Source: Eledone cirrhosa
Lineage: Eukaryota
Direction of reading: 5' to 3'
DNA: 64,000 nucleotides
NCBI GenBank assembly: GCA_964016885.1
Contig: OZ024743.1
Location: forward strand, 30,008,001-30,072,000
In this document: positions 52,191 to 64,000 of the stretch, one piece after another
Position numbering within the stretch: the first letter of the stretch is position 1
How the letters are laid out: every line of letters begins with the position of its first letter
The notes under the pieces: generated by a model
Databases searched by the model: none
What the model was told of the DNA's origin: nothing
What the model saw: the letters and a program-made list of their open reading frames with translations, nothing else
Program-made: the position numbers and the translations under genes

Positions 52191-55100
52191 TCCACATCTA
52201 CAATCAGGCACGATCTTTTTTCCTCGTCCAAAACCACCAGGTCAGGTCTATTGTGTTCCAGTTTCCTGAAGGCTGCTCTTTCTCCTTGATGTCATTTCCT
52301 CCTTGGACATCCCCTGGCCTATTGTCCGAATGTATTCAGTTCTTATCAATTACTTCATTTTTTGTTCTTGATGTCATCAGCCTCCAGAAGGCCAAAATAC
52401 TTGTATCCTTCTTCAGAGTCAATTTCCTTTATCATCTAACCCGTTGGTACCTGGATTCCGTTACTTCTGCTCAACTTACCCCTCTTCATCACAATGACTC
52501 CGCACTTACTAATACCAAATTGCATACATATATCATTGGTGAAAATACGGACAGTGTCAACAAGCACATCCAACTCCTTCTCACTCTTCCCGAAGAGCTT
52601 AAGATCGTCCATGAAGGGGAGGTGATTGATGGTAAGCCCTCCCTTTCCATGCCTGTATCATGCTCTCACTTTTCGCAGTACACTGATCAGGGACATCAGG
52701 GCAAGGACAAACAACAGAAGGGACAGACTATCTCCCTGGAAGATACATCTCTTGATCTTCACGCTTCCCAAGGATTCTCCAGTTGATGTTATCTCTGTTT
52801 CCCAGGACTTCATACTTTTGCCAAACAACTGTCTGATGTTATCTGCCACCTTGAAGATCTCCAGGCTTTTGGTGATCCAAGAATGAGGAACCATGTCAAA
52901 TGCCTTTTTGTAGTCTATCCATCCCATGGCAAGACCAGTGTGTCTCCTCTTGCAATTCCTCATTACCATCTTATCAATAAGTAACTGGTCCTTTGTACCA
53001 CGTGACTTCTTTCGGCATCCTTTCTGTTTATCCGGTAACAAGTTGTTTGTGTGGAGGTGATGGTAGATTTCCTCAGACATAATGCTTGTCAACAGTTTCC
53101 ACATTACGGACAGACATGTGATAGGTCTATAGTTGGTAACATCATTACCCTTGATTCGGTCTTTCATTATCAGAACTGTCGTACCTTTTGTCAACCACTC
53201 TGGTACCTCACCTGACATCAAGCAGTCATTGAACATGGTTGTCAGTTTCGGGTGGAGGTATGTTATATTTTTAATCCAATACCCCTGCACACCATCTGGG
53301 CCTGGTGATTTCCAGTTGGTTAGTTTTTTGGCCTGCCCCTTAAGAGTTTCAACTGTGATACTCAAATCAGTTTGTTGGTGTGCCTGTTCACTAATCTACT
53401 TCTGTACTGTCTCAATCCAAACTGCCTGGTCATTATGTTTAACGTCCTGCTCCCATATTCCTCTCCAGAATGTTTTAGTTTGTTCCGCCTCATGGATCAA
53501 GTCGTTGCCTCTTTCTTTCCCTTCAAGCTGTCTAAACAGCATCTTCTGGTTGTTGTCGAACATGCGGTTGTGTCTATACTGGCTGGCTCTGTTCTCGTAT
53601 CGCCTGATTTTTGCACTCTTTGCTACAATGCGTTGCTTCAGTTCCTCTATGATAATATTTAGCTTTTCCCTCCTAGTTTTGTACTTTATTTCCAGTCTAT
53701 TTTTAGTGTCTATATTTTTTAGTGTCTATATTTTTTAGTGTCCCATTCTGTAGGGACTCAAGCTTTCCTATGTGATTTCTCATTTCCCTGATTTGACCAC
53801 TCAGTCGTTTCTTTCACCAAGGTTCTGCTCTTTCTTGTCTGTTGTTTCCTCTCGCTTTTATACCAAGTAGTTTCCTCACCGTATTTGCTGTTGCTTTGTG
53901 GATATTGTTGCACTGGTGAAGGCTCCTCGCCTCAAGGTATGGGATGACTTTGTTTACCTTAGCTGTTGTTTCTTTTAACTTTTTCCTGTCTACAAATCTT
54001 AGGTTCATAGGTCTCCCACTATCATTGTTCAATTCATCTACCACTAAGTTTAGGATATCAACCAAATCTTGTCCTAGCCCGTCAGCATTCATCTCCTCAG
54101 TGGCCGTATCTCTGTACCAGGTATTATTTATCTCAGTATTCAGATCATTGTCTGCTTCGGGTGGTTGCTCCGTTCTCTCGACCTCTTCATCTTCATTTCC
54201 CACTGGCTCGTTTCCTGGCATACCCCACTCTCCATCTCCTCCAAGCTAATCTCTCTGCTCAGTTCCTCCAGTTCCAGCTCGCTTATCCACCCATTAGTTC
54301 TTATTACCCGAGCCTGCCCGGCCAGTTTTTGTTCATCTAATTTAAATAGACCAATCTCGTTCCATATGTTATGCATCCGTTTCCTATAGCCTTTCTCCTT
54401 GGGGTTACTCTTCAGGTAACATTGCATAACAGTTCTATTCAATTCTTTCATCCAGTTGGTTCTGGTCCCTTTCCTTCTTCCTCTTCCTCCGACACCAGCA
54501 GTATTTGGTTGACAGCCAGGTCCCTGCTGCTGAGCCAGGGAGCACCTGTTGGGTGAGAGTCTGTCACATTACATTCTAGTCTCCATTTCACCGTTATTCG
54601 AACTGTTTAAGGTTCGACATTTAAACACCCTTATCGAGGATTGGCGAATGTATGGTTACATAACCACCGGTGAATCCATCGTGTCCGGTGGTTCCGTCAC
54701 TCCACGTGATTTTTGTGTGGCATTATCACGCTGTAGACGAACATAAATAAACAAACAAATAAACAGGCAAAAAACCCCCCAAGAATGAATAACCATTTTT
54801 CATTGTAATGTAGTGTTTGAATGTCTGACTTAGTTTTTTCCCTTCCCTTCTCTGTCCGTCTGTTTGTTTTTCTCTTCATTCTTATTTTCTTTACGTTTTT
54901 CGTTGTTGCTGTGCTGCTTTGATTTTGATTTTTGATTTTTTGATTTTGACCGGGTCATCAATTCAGTCTATTTATATATTTTGATGCCTTCCTCTTTTAG
55001 TGGGGGTTCTACGATGTAGCAGGGGGTAGCGGGAGAGAATAGCGGCGGTAGTGATAATGAGGCAGTGGTGGTGGTGGTGGTGGTTGTGGTGGCGGTGCTG

Positions 55101-56081
55101 TGCTAGCAGCAACTAGCAGGAGGTAGTGGGAGAGAATAGCGGCGGTAGCGATAAATCCTTATTAGGCAGTGGTGGTGATGATGTGGTCGTATTACTGTAG
55201 TGATGGTGTTGAAGTTGGAGTAGAAATAGCGGTTGAGTCGACTTAACCAGAGTTTTCATCGTGGTAGTGGTGGTGGTGTTGGTGGTGAAATTATCTTTAG
55301 TTATTTAGTCATTTTGTCATTTTCTTCCTTTTCTACTCTAACATTCCTGATCCAAAATTAAATATTAATCTTGTTTATTAATATTGTCTAGTGATACCGC
55401 CATCTTCCCCTTTCGTAAGTTAACAGAAGGTAATGCGGGATAGCGGTGGTAGCAATGAAGGAGTGGTGGCGGCGGTGATGGGATAGTGGTGGTAATGATG
55501 GATGGGCGGCGGTGGCGGTGATTGTAGTGATGGCGTTGTCGTTACTGAGTTTTGTTGAATGAGCTGTATTTTTGTTTGATCGGTGAATCTATGGGGTTAG
55601 TCGCGTATATGTGTTGACATATTTTTCTTAATATTAGAATTAAACATTTTGTTAAAACTTGAGACACTAATAATAGTAATTACTATTATTATGCTGAGAT
55701 TGGTGGTGGTGGTGGTGAAATTGCCGTTATCTGGCTGATGTGTTTAGTGTACTCAGAGGGGTGATGGGGTATGTGGTGTATCTAGTTTCTGGTATTGGTG
55801 AAATTGCTGTTATTTGGCTGTTCTATATAGTGTAGACAGAGGCGGTTTTATTTCATTTATAACCATTTTCTTTTTTGAATATAAAATGTATAATACAAAA
55901 TTGAATATTTGAGCGATATAATAATATATTATGGATCCGAATTTTGTTGGGGCTCAAGCCGGATGTTTTATGTGTCATTTGTACTAAGAATTGTTATTTC
56001 ACAATTGATTTAAATATGTTAAAAAATCAAAACTTACGGGAGCGATTTCACGACCTTCTATCCACCATGTGCGTCTTCTTC
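52191..56081 (-). mobile_element. R4/Dong-clade LINE family B with 5' leader; internally deleted and missing its 3' end
   Basis: ATG near 54586. Fragments 54140-54451, 53814-54221 and 52658-53365 match the copy at 57705-62240. Confidence 0.88.
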
Positions 56082-56105
56082 ACTATATTATTATTATTAT
56101 AATTA

Positions 56106-57660
56106 TTTGCATTTATCTTGCTTTATGTTTATACGAGTTATCACCAAGTCACAACCAGTGACCTCAAGAGACAACAAGGTCCGCCATGTTCAAGAAAGAA
56201 CACACATATTCACACATGCATCCTTAGTGTTTAGACTTGTGATGTACTTATATTGACAGGATCTTCCTTATTATATGGGCAGTTCCCATTAGTACTATCT
56301 TTTGTATTTCTCCTATACGCGTTTTCCTGGGATTTGCGATAAGTAGTCGTTAGACCCCTTAGGAATCATTCCCAGAGCGCCTACAACCACTGGTATTGTT
56401 TTAGATCTCAATTTCCACATTTTTTCCAATTTTTATCTCCAGGTCCTTATACTTGCTCAATTTTTCAAATGTTTTTATAGATACATTCTTGTCTATTGGA
56501 ACAGACATATCAATTAGCAGGCATACCCTCCTTTGAAAGTCCTTCAATATTATATCAGGTCTATTTGCATCTATTTTTCGGTCTGTTTGGATGCTAAAGT
56601 TCCACAAGATTGAGATGTGATCTTTTTCAAGTATGGGAGATGGTTGATGCTCCCACCAATTCTTTTGATGGGGCAGGTCAAAATGCTTACACATTATCCA
56701 ATGTATGTATTATGCAGCTCTGTCATGCCTGTTTAGGTATTCGGTTGGAGCTATAGGACTGCACATTGAAATGATATGGTCAATGGTCTCTGGTTGTTTT
56801 TTGCATACACGGCATAATGTGCTGCATCCATTTTTTATTATGTTGGCTTGGTAATTTTTTGTTGGCAGACACTGATCTCGTGCCGATATAATCAGTCCAT
56901 CAGTCTCCGATTTCAGTCCAGAGGATGCCAACCACTGATGGGTTAAAGTTTTGTCAACATCAGGATTGTTAGCTCGCTCTGGGTATTTTCCATACAGAGG
57001 CTTTTCTTGCCATTTCTTAGCCAGTTTCTGTAGCAGTTCTTTCTTTGCAGTTACTTTTACCTGCTTTGCTTTTTCTGTGTTTTCCATTTCAGCAGTAAAT
57101 GGAACTTCTGAAATTTGTAGTCCATTACTGTATCTTTGTGCATCTTTTGTAATGGAATATGATCTTTTGGTGCTTTCGTGTTTCAAAACGAGTTTGATCA
57201 TCCAATCATGTGATTCCCTTAGATATGTGGATAATCCAATTGTTGCAGTTTTCAACGCAATGTCTAACTGGATTAAACCACGTCCTCTTTCTTTCCTAGG
57301 GTGATATATTCTATCTATGTCTGCCTTAGGGTGATGCATTCTGTGCATGGTTAAGAATTTTCGGATTTTTGAATCGAGCCTACGGATCTCTGTGCTTGAC
57401 CAGTTGATGACATTGTAACTGTAGGTTACTACTGGTATGGCAAGCGTGTTTATGGCATCGATCCTATTCCTTGCATTCAATTCCCTTCTTAAGATTGCTC
57501 TGACTGCGGTAACATTCCTTCCTTATCCTTTACCTCATTGTCGAGTACTTCATTCCGTCTCCTTCACAAACACCTAGATATTTGTAAGTTTTTTCTTGAT
57601 CAAGCTCTCTTATCACGTTCCCCCGATCAAGATTAATGTCTGAACTCTTCAGCAGCTTTC
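56106..57660 (-). mobile_element. R4/Dong family A, 5'-truncated
   Basis: Near-identical to about 14235-15791 in reverse orientation. (TAA)n on both sides. Confidence 0.92.
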
Positions 57661-57663
57661 ATC

Positions 57664-57704
<41 letters not shown>
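57664..57704. repeat. (TTA)n spacer between tandem R4/Dong copies
   Basis: Directly visible. Confidence 0.95.
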
Positions 57705-60700
57705 GATGTTGGTTAACTGGAAAGTCCGTTGGAATGAATATCAAGCCACTACCTGCAGCCTCAGATATTCAGGACGTATCGGAGGGTTCTTGCTGTTCCC
57801 AGCAAGCATGCCTTTTGAAGCGTTCCAAAAAGCGTGAAGGGCCGATTTTCTTTAACCATCCCTGGAAACTTTTGGAGATAGTCCCCAGTGCGCCTATGAC
57901 AAACGGGATCACTTTGACTTCATGGCAGTTCCAAATCCTTTTCACCTCCCACTTTAGGTCCTGGTATCGGTTAATTTTCTCCCTCTCCTTCTCTTGCACT
58001 CTCGTGTCGAAAGGGCAGGCCACATCCACAATCAGACACGATCTTTTTTCTTTGTCCACAACCACCAGGTCAGGTCTATTGTGTTCCAGTTTTTTGTCCG
58101 TCTGTATCCTAAAATCACACAGCACTTTCACCTGATTGTTCTCCATCACCGCCTCTGGCTTATGCTCATACCATTTCTCAGAATGTGGTAAATTGTTTAC
58201 TTTGCACAGGTGCCAGTGGATCACACTGCCCATCACATCGTGTCTCCAGCCCTTATAGTGGGTCTGGGCTAGGTGTTTACACTCGGACACAATGTGAGCC
58301 ACAGTCTCCTCTCTCTCTCCACAGATCCTGCACAATGGGCTAGCCTCCTCCTTGTAAATATGGTGCTTCAACCACTTCGTTTTGAGGGCCAGCTCCTGCG
58401 CAGCCATTAGCCTTCCTCCTGTAGCCTTTTTGAGGTCTCCTCTTCTCAACCAGTTCCATGTCTGTGGATCTCTAAATTCAGTTTTCGCAAAGAAGGTACT
58501 ATGAAGGGATTTTCCCTTAAGGCTGCTCTTCCTCCTTGATGTTATTTCCTCCTTGGACATCCCCTGGCCTACTGTCCCCTCCTTCAGTACAGTTCTGAGC
58601 ATTGGCTCCTTACTATAGGTCACGTATTTGTATAGGTTGTTTTTCTCCATCTGAACACAGTCCTCTATGCTGATAAGACCTCTTCCACCCTCAGATCTCC
58701 TTAGGTAGAGTCTATCGACATCACTCCTCTTGTGGAACATGTTGTAGATAGTCAATAGCTTCCTAATCTTCCTATCCATTTCTTTTTGTTCAGCAACATT
58801 CCATCTCAGAATTCCCGCACTGTACCTAATAATAGACACAGCTCGGGAATTTACTGCGCTTATGGCATTTCTGCTGTTCAGATGTGACTTCAATACGCTC
58901 CTTACTCTTCGAATGTATTCAGTTCTTAACAATTCCTTCATTTTTTTGTTCTTTATGCCATCAGCCTCCAGAACGCCCAAATACTTGTATCCTTCCTCAG
59001 AGTCAATTTCCTTTATCATCTCACCTGTTGGTATCTGGATCCCGTTACTTCTGCTCAACCTACCCCTCTTCATCACAATGACTCCACATTTACCAATACC
59101 AAACTGCATACATATATCACTGCTGAAAATACGGACAGTGTCAACAAGCACATCCAACTCCTTCTCACTTTTCCCGAAGAGCTTAAGATCGTCCATGAAG
59201 AGGAGGTGATTGATGGTAAGCTCTCCCCTTCCCAACTTGTATCCTGCTCTCACTTTTCGCAGCATAATGGTCAAGGGCATCAGGGCAAGGACAAACAACA
59301 GAGGGGACAGGCTATCTCCCTGGAAGATACCTCTCTTGATCTTCACGCTTCCCAAGGATACTCCAGTTGATGTCAACTCTGTCTCCCAGGACCCCATACT
59401 CCTGCCTAGCAACTGTCTGATGTTATCTGCCACCCTGAAGATCTCCAGGCTTTTGGTGATCCAAGAATGAGGCACCATGTCAAATGCCTTTGTGTAGTCT
59501 ATCCATCCCATGGCAAGATCAGTGTGTCTCCTCCTGCAATTCCCCATTACCATCTTATCAATAAGTAACTGGTCCTTTGTACCACGTGACTTCTTTCGGC
59601 ATCCTTTCTGTTCGTCCGGTAACAAGTTGTTTGTGTGGAGGTGATGGTAGATTTCCTCAGACACAATGCTCGTCAACAGTTTCCACATTACGGACAGACA
59701 TGTGATAGGTCTATAGTTGGTAACATCATTACCCTTTATTCGGTCTTTCATTATCAGAACTGTGGTACCTTTTGTCAACCAGTCTGGCACCTCACCCGAC
59801 ACCAAGCAGTCATTGAACATGGCCGTCAGCTTCGGGTGGAGGGATGTTAAATGTTTAATCCAATACCCCTGCACACCATCTGGGCCTGGTGATTTCCAGT
59901 TGGTTAGTTTTTTGGCCTGCCCCTTAAGAGTTTCAACTGTGATACTCAAATCAATTTGTTGTTGTGCCTGCTCACCGATCTCCCTCTGTACTGTCTCAAT
60001 CCACCCTGCCTGGACATTATGTCTAACATCCTGCTCCCATATTCCTCTCCAGAATGTTTTAGTTTGCTACGCCCCAGGGATCAAGTCGTTGCCTCTTTCT
60101 TTCCCCTCAAGCTGTCCAAACAGCATCTTCTGGTTGTTGTCGAACATGCGGTTCTGTTTATACTGACTGACTCTGTTCTCGTATCGCCTGATTTTTGCAC
60201 TCTTTGCTACAATGCGTTGCTTCAGTTCCTCTATGATAATATTTAGCTTTTTCCTCCTAGTTTTGTATTTTATTTCCAGTCTATTTTTAGTGCCTATGTT
60301 TTTTAGTGTCCCATTCAGTAGTGACTCAAGCTTTCCAATGTCATTTCTCATTTCCCTGATTTGACCACTCAGTCGTTTCTTCCACCAAGGCTCTGCTCTT
60401 TCTTGTCTGTTGTTTCCTCTCGCTTTCATACCAAGTAGTTTCCTCACCGTATTTGCTGTTGCTTTGAGGATATTGTTACACTGGTGAAGGCTCCTCGCCT
60501 CAAGGTATGGGATGACTTTGTTTACCTTAGCTGTTGTTTCTTTTAACTTTTTCCTGTCTACAAATCTTAGGTTCATAGGTCTCCCACTATCATTGTTCAA
60601 TTCATCTACCACTAAATTTAGGATGTCAACCGAATCTTGTCCTAGCCCGTCAGCATTCATCTCCTCAGTGGCCGTATCTCTGTTCCAGGTATTATTTATC

Positions 60701-62240
60701 TCAGTATTCAGATCATTGTCTGCTTCGGGTGGTTCCTCCGTTCTCAGGACCTCTTCACCTTCATTTCCCACTGGCTCGCTTGTCTGGCATACTACACCCG
60801 CCATCTCCAAGCCATTCTCTCTGCTCAGTTCCTCCAGTTCCAGCTCGCTTATCCACCCATTAGTTCTTATTACCCGAGCCTGCCCGGCCAATTTTTGTTC
60901 ATCTAATTTAAATAAACCAATCTCGTTCCAGATGTTATGCATCCCTCTCCTGTAGCCCCTCTCCTTGGGGTTACTTTTCAGGTAACATTGCATAACAGTT
61001 CTATTCAATTCTTTCGTCCAGTTGGTTCTGGCCCCTTTCCTTCTTCTTCTTCCTCCAACATCAGCAGTATTTGGTTGACAGTCAGGTTCCTGCTGCTGAG
61101 CCAGTGGGCACTTGTTGGTTGAGAGTCTGTCACATGACGTTCTAGTCTCCATTTCACCGTTATTCGAACTGTTTATGTTCGATATTTAAACACTCTTATC
61201 GAGGATTGGCGAATGTATGGTTACATAGCCATCTGTGGATCCGCCATTCCACTTGGCCCTTGTGTGGCATTATCACCACGCTGTATACGAACACACATAA
61301 ACAAACAAACACACAGGCAGAAAGGGCCCCAAAAATGAATAAGCATAAGTTTCATTGTAATGTAGTGTTCGAATGTCTGACTTAGTTTTTGTTTTTTAAG
61401 TTTTAGTTTTTACCCCCTCTTCTCTGTCCGTCCGCCTGCTTCTCTCTTCATTCTTATTTTCTTTACGTTTTTGGGGTTTTTTTTTGTTTTTGTTTTTGTT
61501 TTTCTATGTTTGTTTTTCTCGTTTTTTGCTGTTGTTGCTGTGCTGCTTTGGTTTTGTTGTTTGTTTTTTCTTTTTTCTTTTGAGTCTATCTATATATTTT
61601 GATGCCTGCCTCTTTTTTAGCAGTAGGGATTCTATAATGTGGTGGCAGCAGCCAGCTGAGTGAAGTGGGGGACTGGCGGCGGTAGCGATACTGAGACAGT
61701 GGTGGTGGTGATGTCGATACCGAGGCAGTGGTGGCGGTGATGTGACCGTATTACTGTAGTGATGGTGCTGTAGCGGTGGTAGCAGTGAAGGAGTGAAGGG
61801 GTGGTGGCGGCGGTGATGGTATAATGGTGGTAATGATGGCCGTAGTGAGCGGTGGTGGTGAAAATGCCGTTATCTGGCTGTTGTGTTTAGTGTACACAGG
61901 TGATGGGGTGGGTGGTGTATTTAGTTTCTGGTGTTGGTGAGTTTGGCTGTTCTATATAGTGTAGACAGAGGAGAGGAGGGGGGGGGGTGCGCTTCTTCTT
62001 CCATTTATAGCCATTTTCTTTTTTGGATATACAGTGTACAATACAAAGTTGAATATTTGAATATTTGAGCCTTATAACAATATATTTTGGGTCCGAATTT
62101 TTTTGGGGCTCGAGCCGGGTGCTTTACGTAGCATTTGTACTAAGAGTTGTTATTTCACAAATAATTTAAATATGTTAAAAATTCAAAACTTACGGGAGCG
62201 ATTTCATGACCTCCGCCACCTCGTGCGTCTTCTTCCCTTC
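57705..62240 (-). mobile_element. R4/Dong-clade LINE family B, full length, with 5' leader
   Basis: Bounded by (TTA)n at 57664-57704 and 62241-62292. Contains the RT-CCHC-RLE ORF. Confidence 0.92.
57769..61152 (-). pseudogene. R4/Dong family B ORF, nearly intact (one in-frame stop at 60067-60069, probable frameshift near 57840)
   Basis: ORFs 60067-61152 and 57769-59949 share a frame. Motifs WKSPGPDG, GIFQGDSLSPLLF, FMDD, CRIC..HIVSEC and RPDLV..IVDVACP. Confidence 0.9.
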
Positions 62241-62516
<276 letters not shown>

Positions 62517-62521
62517 ATATA

Positions 62522-63192
62522 TGAGCCCTATGCCACTCATGTCAAATTTGTTTATCGTGAACTGGTGCGCCGATTTTTAGATACTCGATTATTCTACTAT
62601 ATTTAGCTCTAGACTTAGCTATTGACCAGTTAATTTTATTGTTCATTTTTTGTCGATTCTATTAAATGATGAATAGCTCCTGTTTATTTTAACATGTCTA
62701 TTGAGCACTCTTATTCGATATGTGATTTCCCACATTTCCGAATATCTTTCGCGGATATAGAGGTTATCTCCCTTGCTGGATACCATGTGCATCTCAGCTA
62801 GGGTTGGCTTTTTTATTCGTTTGGACAAAGCCCGTTGATAAAGTATTCCCGTCCGCCGCTCTCTAGAAGTCTTATATATTTTTATGTGGGCTGATAGGGG
62901 GTGGATTAAGGAATTACAGAAACCCAAGAAGCTAGATTTACCATCTTTCTACTGGGTCCGGGTAAGCTTTTTACATTCATATGATTTATTGATTTATTGA
63001 TATTTTATCTGACCCGAATCTTCCTGATCGTAATTTTTCGGTCGTATGGGTGTTTTTAGACATAATCTTTGTGTGTTGGTATTTTAACGATAGTTATAGC
63101 TCTGAATTATTGAGCCCTCTGCCACTCATGTCGAATTTGTTTATCGTGAACTCGTGCGCCGATTTTTCGATACTCGATTATTCTACTATATA
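62522..63192. repeat. ~80 bp direct repeats (62522-62601 and 63111-63192) enclosing about 510 bp
   Basis: tgagccct.tgccactcatgtc.aatttgtttatcgtgaact.gtgcgccgattttt.gatactcgattattctactatat occurs twice. Confidence 0.8.
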
Positions 63193-64000
63193 TAATATAT
63201 ATATATATATGAAATTAACGAATTTTACTTAACGTAACCATATTCAAACTGGATTATATGAAATATTGCTCTCTAAGTGGATTTCACATCGGTAATAAAG
63301 GCTGATAGTAACCGCAACATTGTTAACAAATCCGTCTGTTATCGAAGAGAGCAGAAATAGAGCTAGTATTTCCCAGAATCTTCCAATTTAGATTTAGAAC
63401 TACAGCTGTGATATCAATAAGCCCGGAAAGCAATCCTCATAACAATCCTAAATCTATTTAAATGATTATACAAACATTCAGTTTCGAAATTCTGAAATGG
63501 CGAATATTAGAGAAAAATCAAGGATAGCAACTGTCATATATGAATAATCGATTTCCAAAGGTATCTTACGTCAGTCAGGTGTTGTTATAGGAAAGCGTTA
63601 CACAAATATAAACAAAGGACAGTTAACATCATTCATCACCCATCACTATATCTTTGTGTAGAGAAATAAAATTCGATAGGATATGTTCAGAATATAGAGA
63701 TATACAAACAATCGAGCATTTGAAAACAAAGTTTGTTTTACGAGAGCGAGACAAATATCAGATTCTCTCATACAGAAAGTAATCGACAATATCTTTGGAT
63801 ACTATAACACAACATTCAATTATACCTTTTGGGAACACAAACGATGCTTCTTTGTATACGGATGCGATTAATCTAAACCAACCAATAGGCGAACCCTGTA
63901 GTACATATAGTGAAACTATGTAATGCAGCTTACAAGATGTATTATAGAATAAGAAGAAAATAGCAAACAATTGTGATACAAAACCGAACATTTACGTAAC

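Noticed and set aside
60067-60069. Programmed readthrough of the in-frame TAG in R4-B
   Set aside because: The second family B copy has GAA at the equivalent codon, so this is an ordinary nonsense mutation.
61150-61215. Pseudoknot or HDV-like fold just before the R4-B ATG (tgttta/taaaca and tcgaac/gttcga)
   Set aside because: The two helices leave no connecting loop and the HDV P1/P3 pairings do not fit. It needs computational folding.
63200-64000. Decayed coding sequence or host exon
   Set aside because: Composition looks coding-like but the frames I read are interrupted and I recognise no motif. A translated search is needed.

Overview
This window is eukaryotic, repeat-saturated DNA. The MetaSINE-type repeats and the very high (TA)n content suggest a mollusc, probably a cephalopod such as Octopus; this is inference. 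I found no host gene, rRNA, tRNA gene or CRISPR array. The window is a stack of non-LTR retroelements sitting in microsatellites: three Tx1/L1-clade copies (one full length), five R4/Dong-clade RT-RLE copies from two families in (TAA)n tracts, one full-length decayed RTE, several non-autonomous RTE derivatives, SINEs, one MITE, and many Penelope-like (PLE) remnants. Reading the non-coding DNA by eye gives about 20 type-I hammerhead ribozyme motifs from roughly 10 unrelated families. Most lie in 0.2-1.4 kb fold-back units bounded by (TA)n, and three families carry a compensatory U3:A8 catalytic core. Other notable points are a shared, possibly Tx1-derived 5' leader on two divergent R4/Dong families, a retrozyme-like direct repeat, and apparent partitioning of microsatellite targets among element families. 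All structures were folded by eye, no searches were run, and boundaries are approximate.
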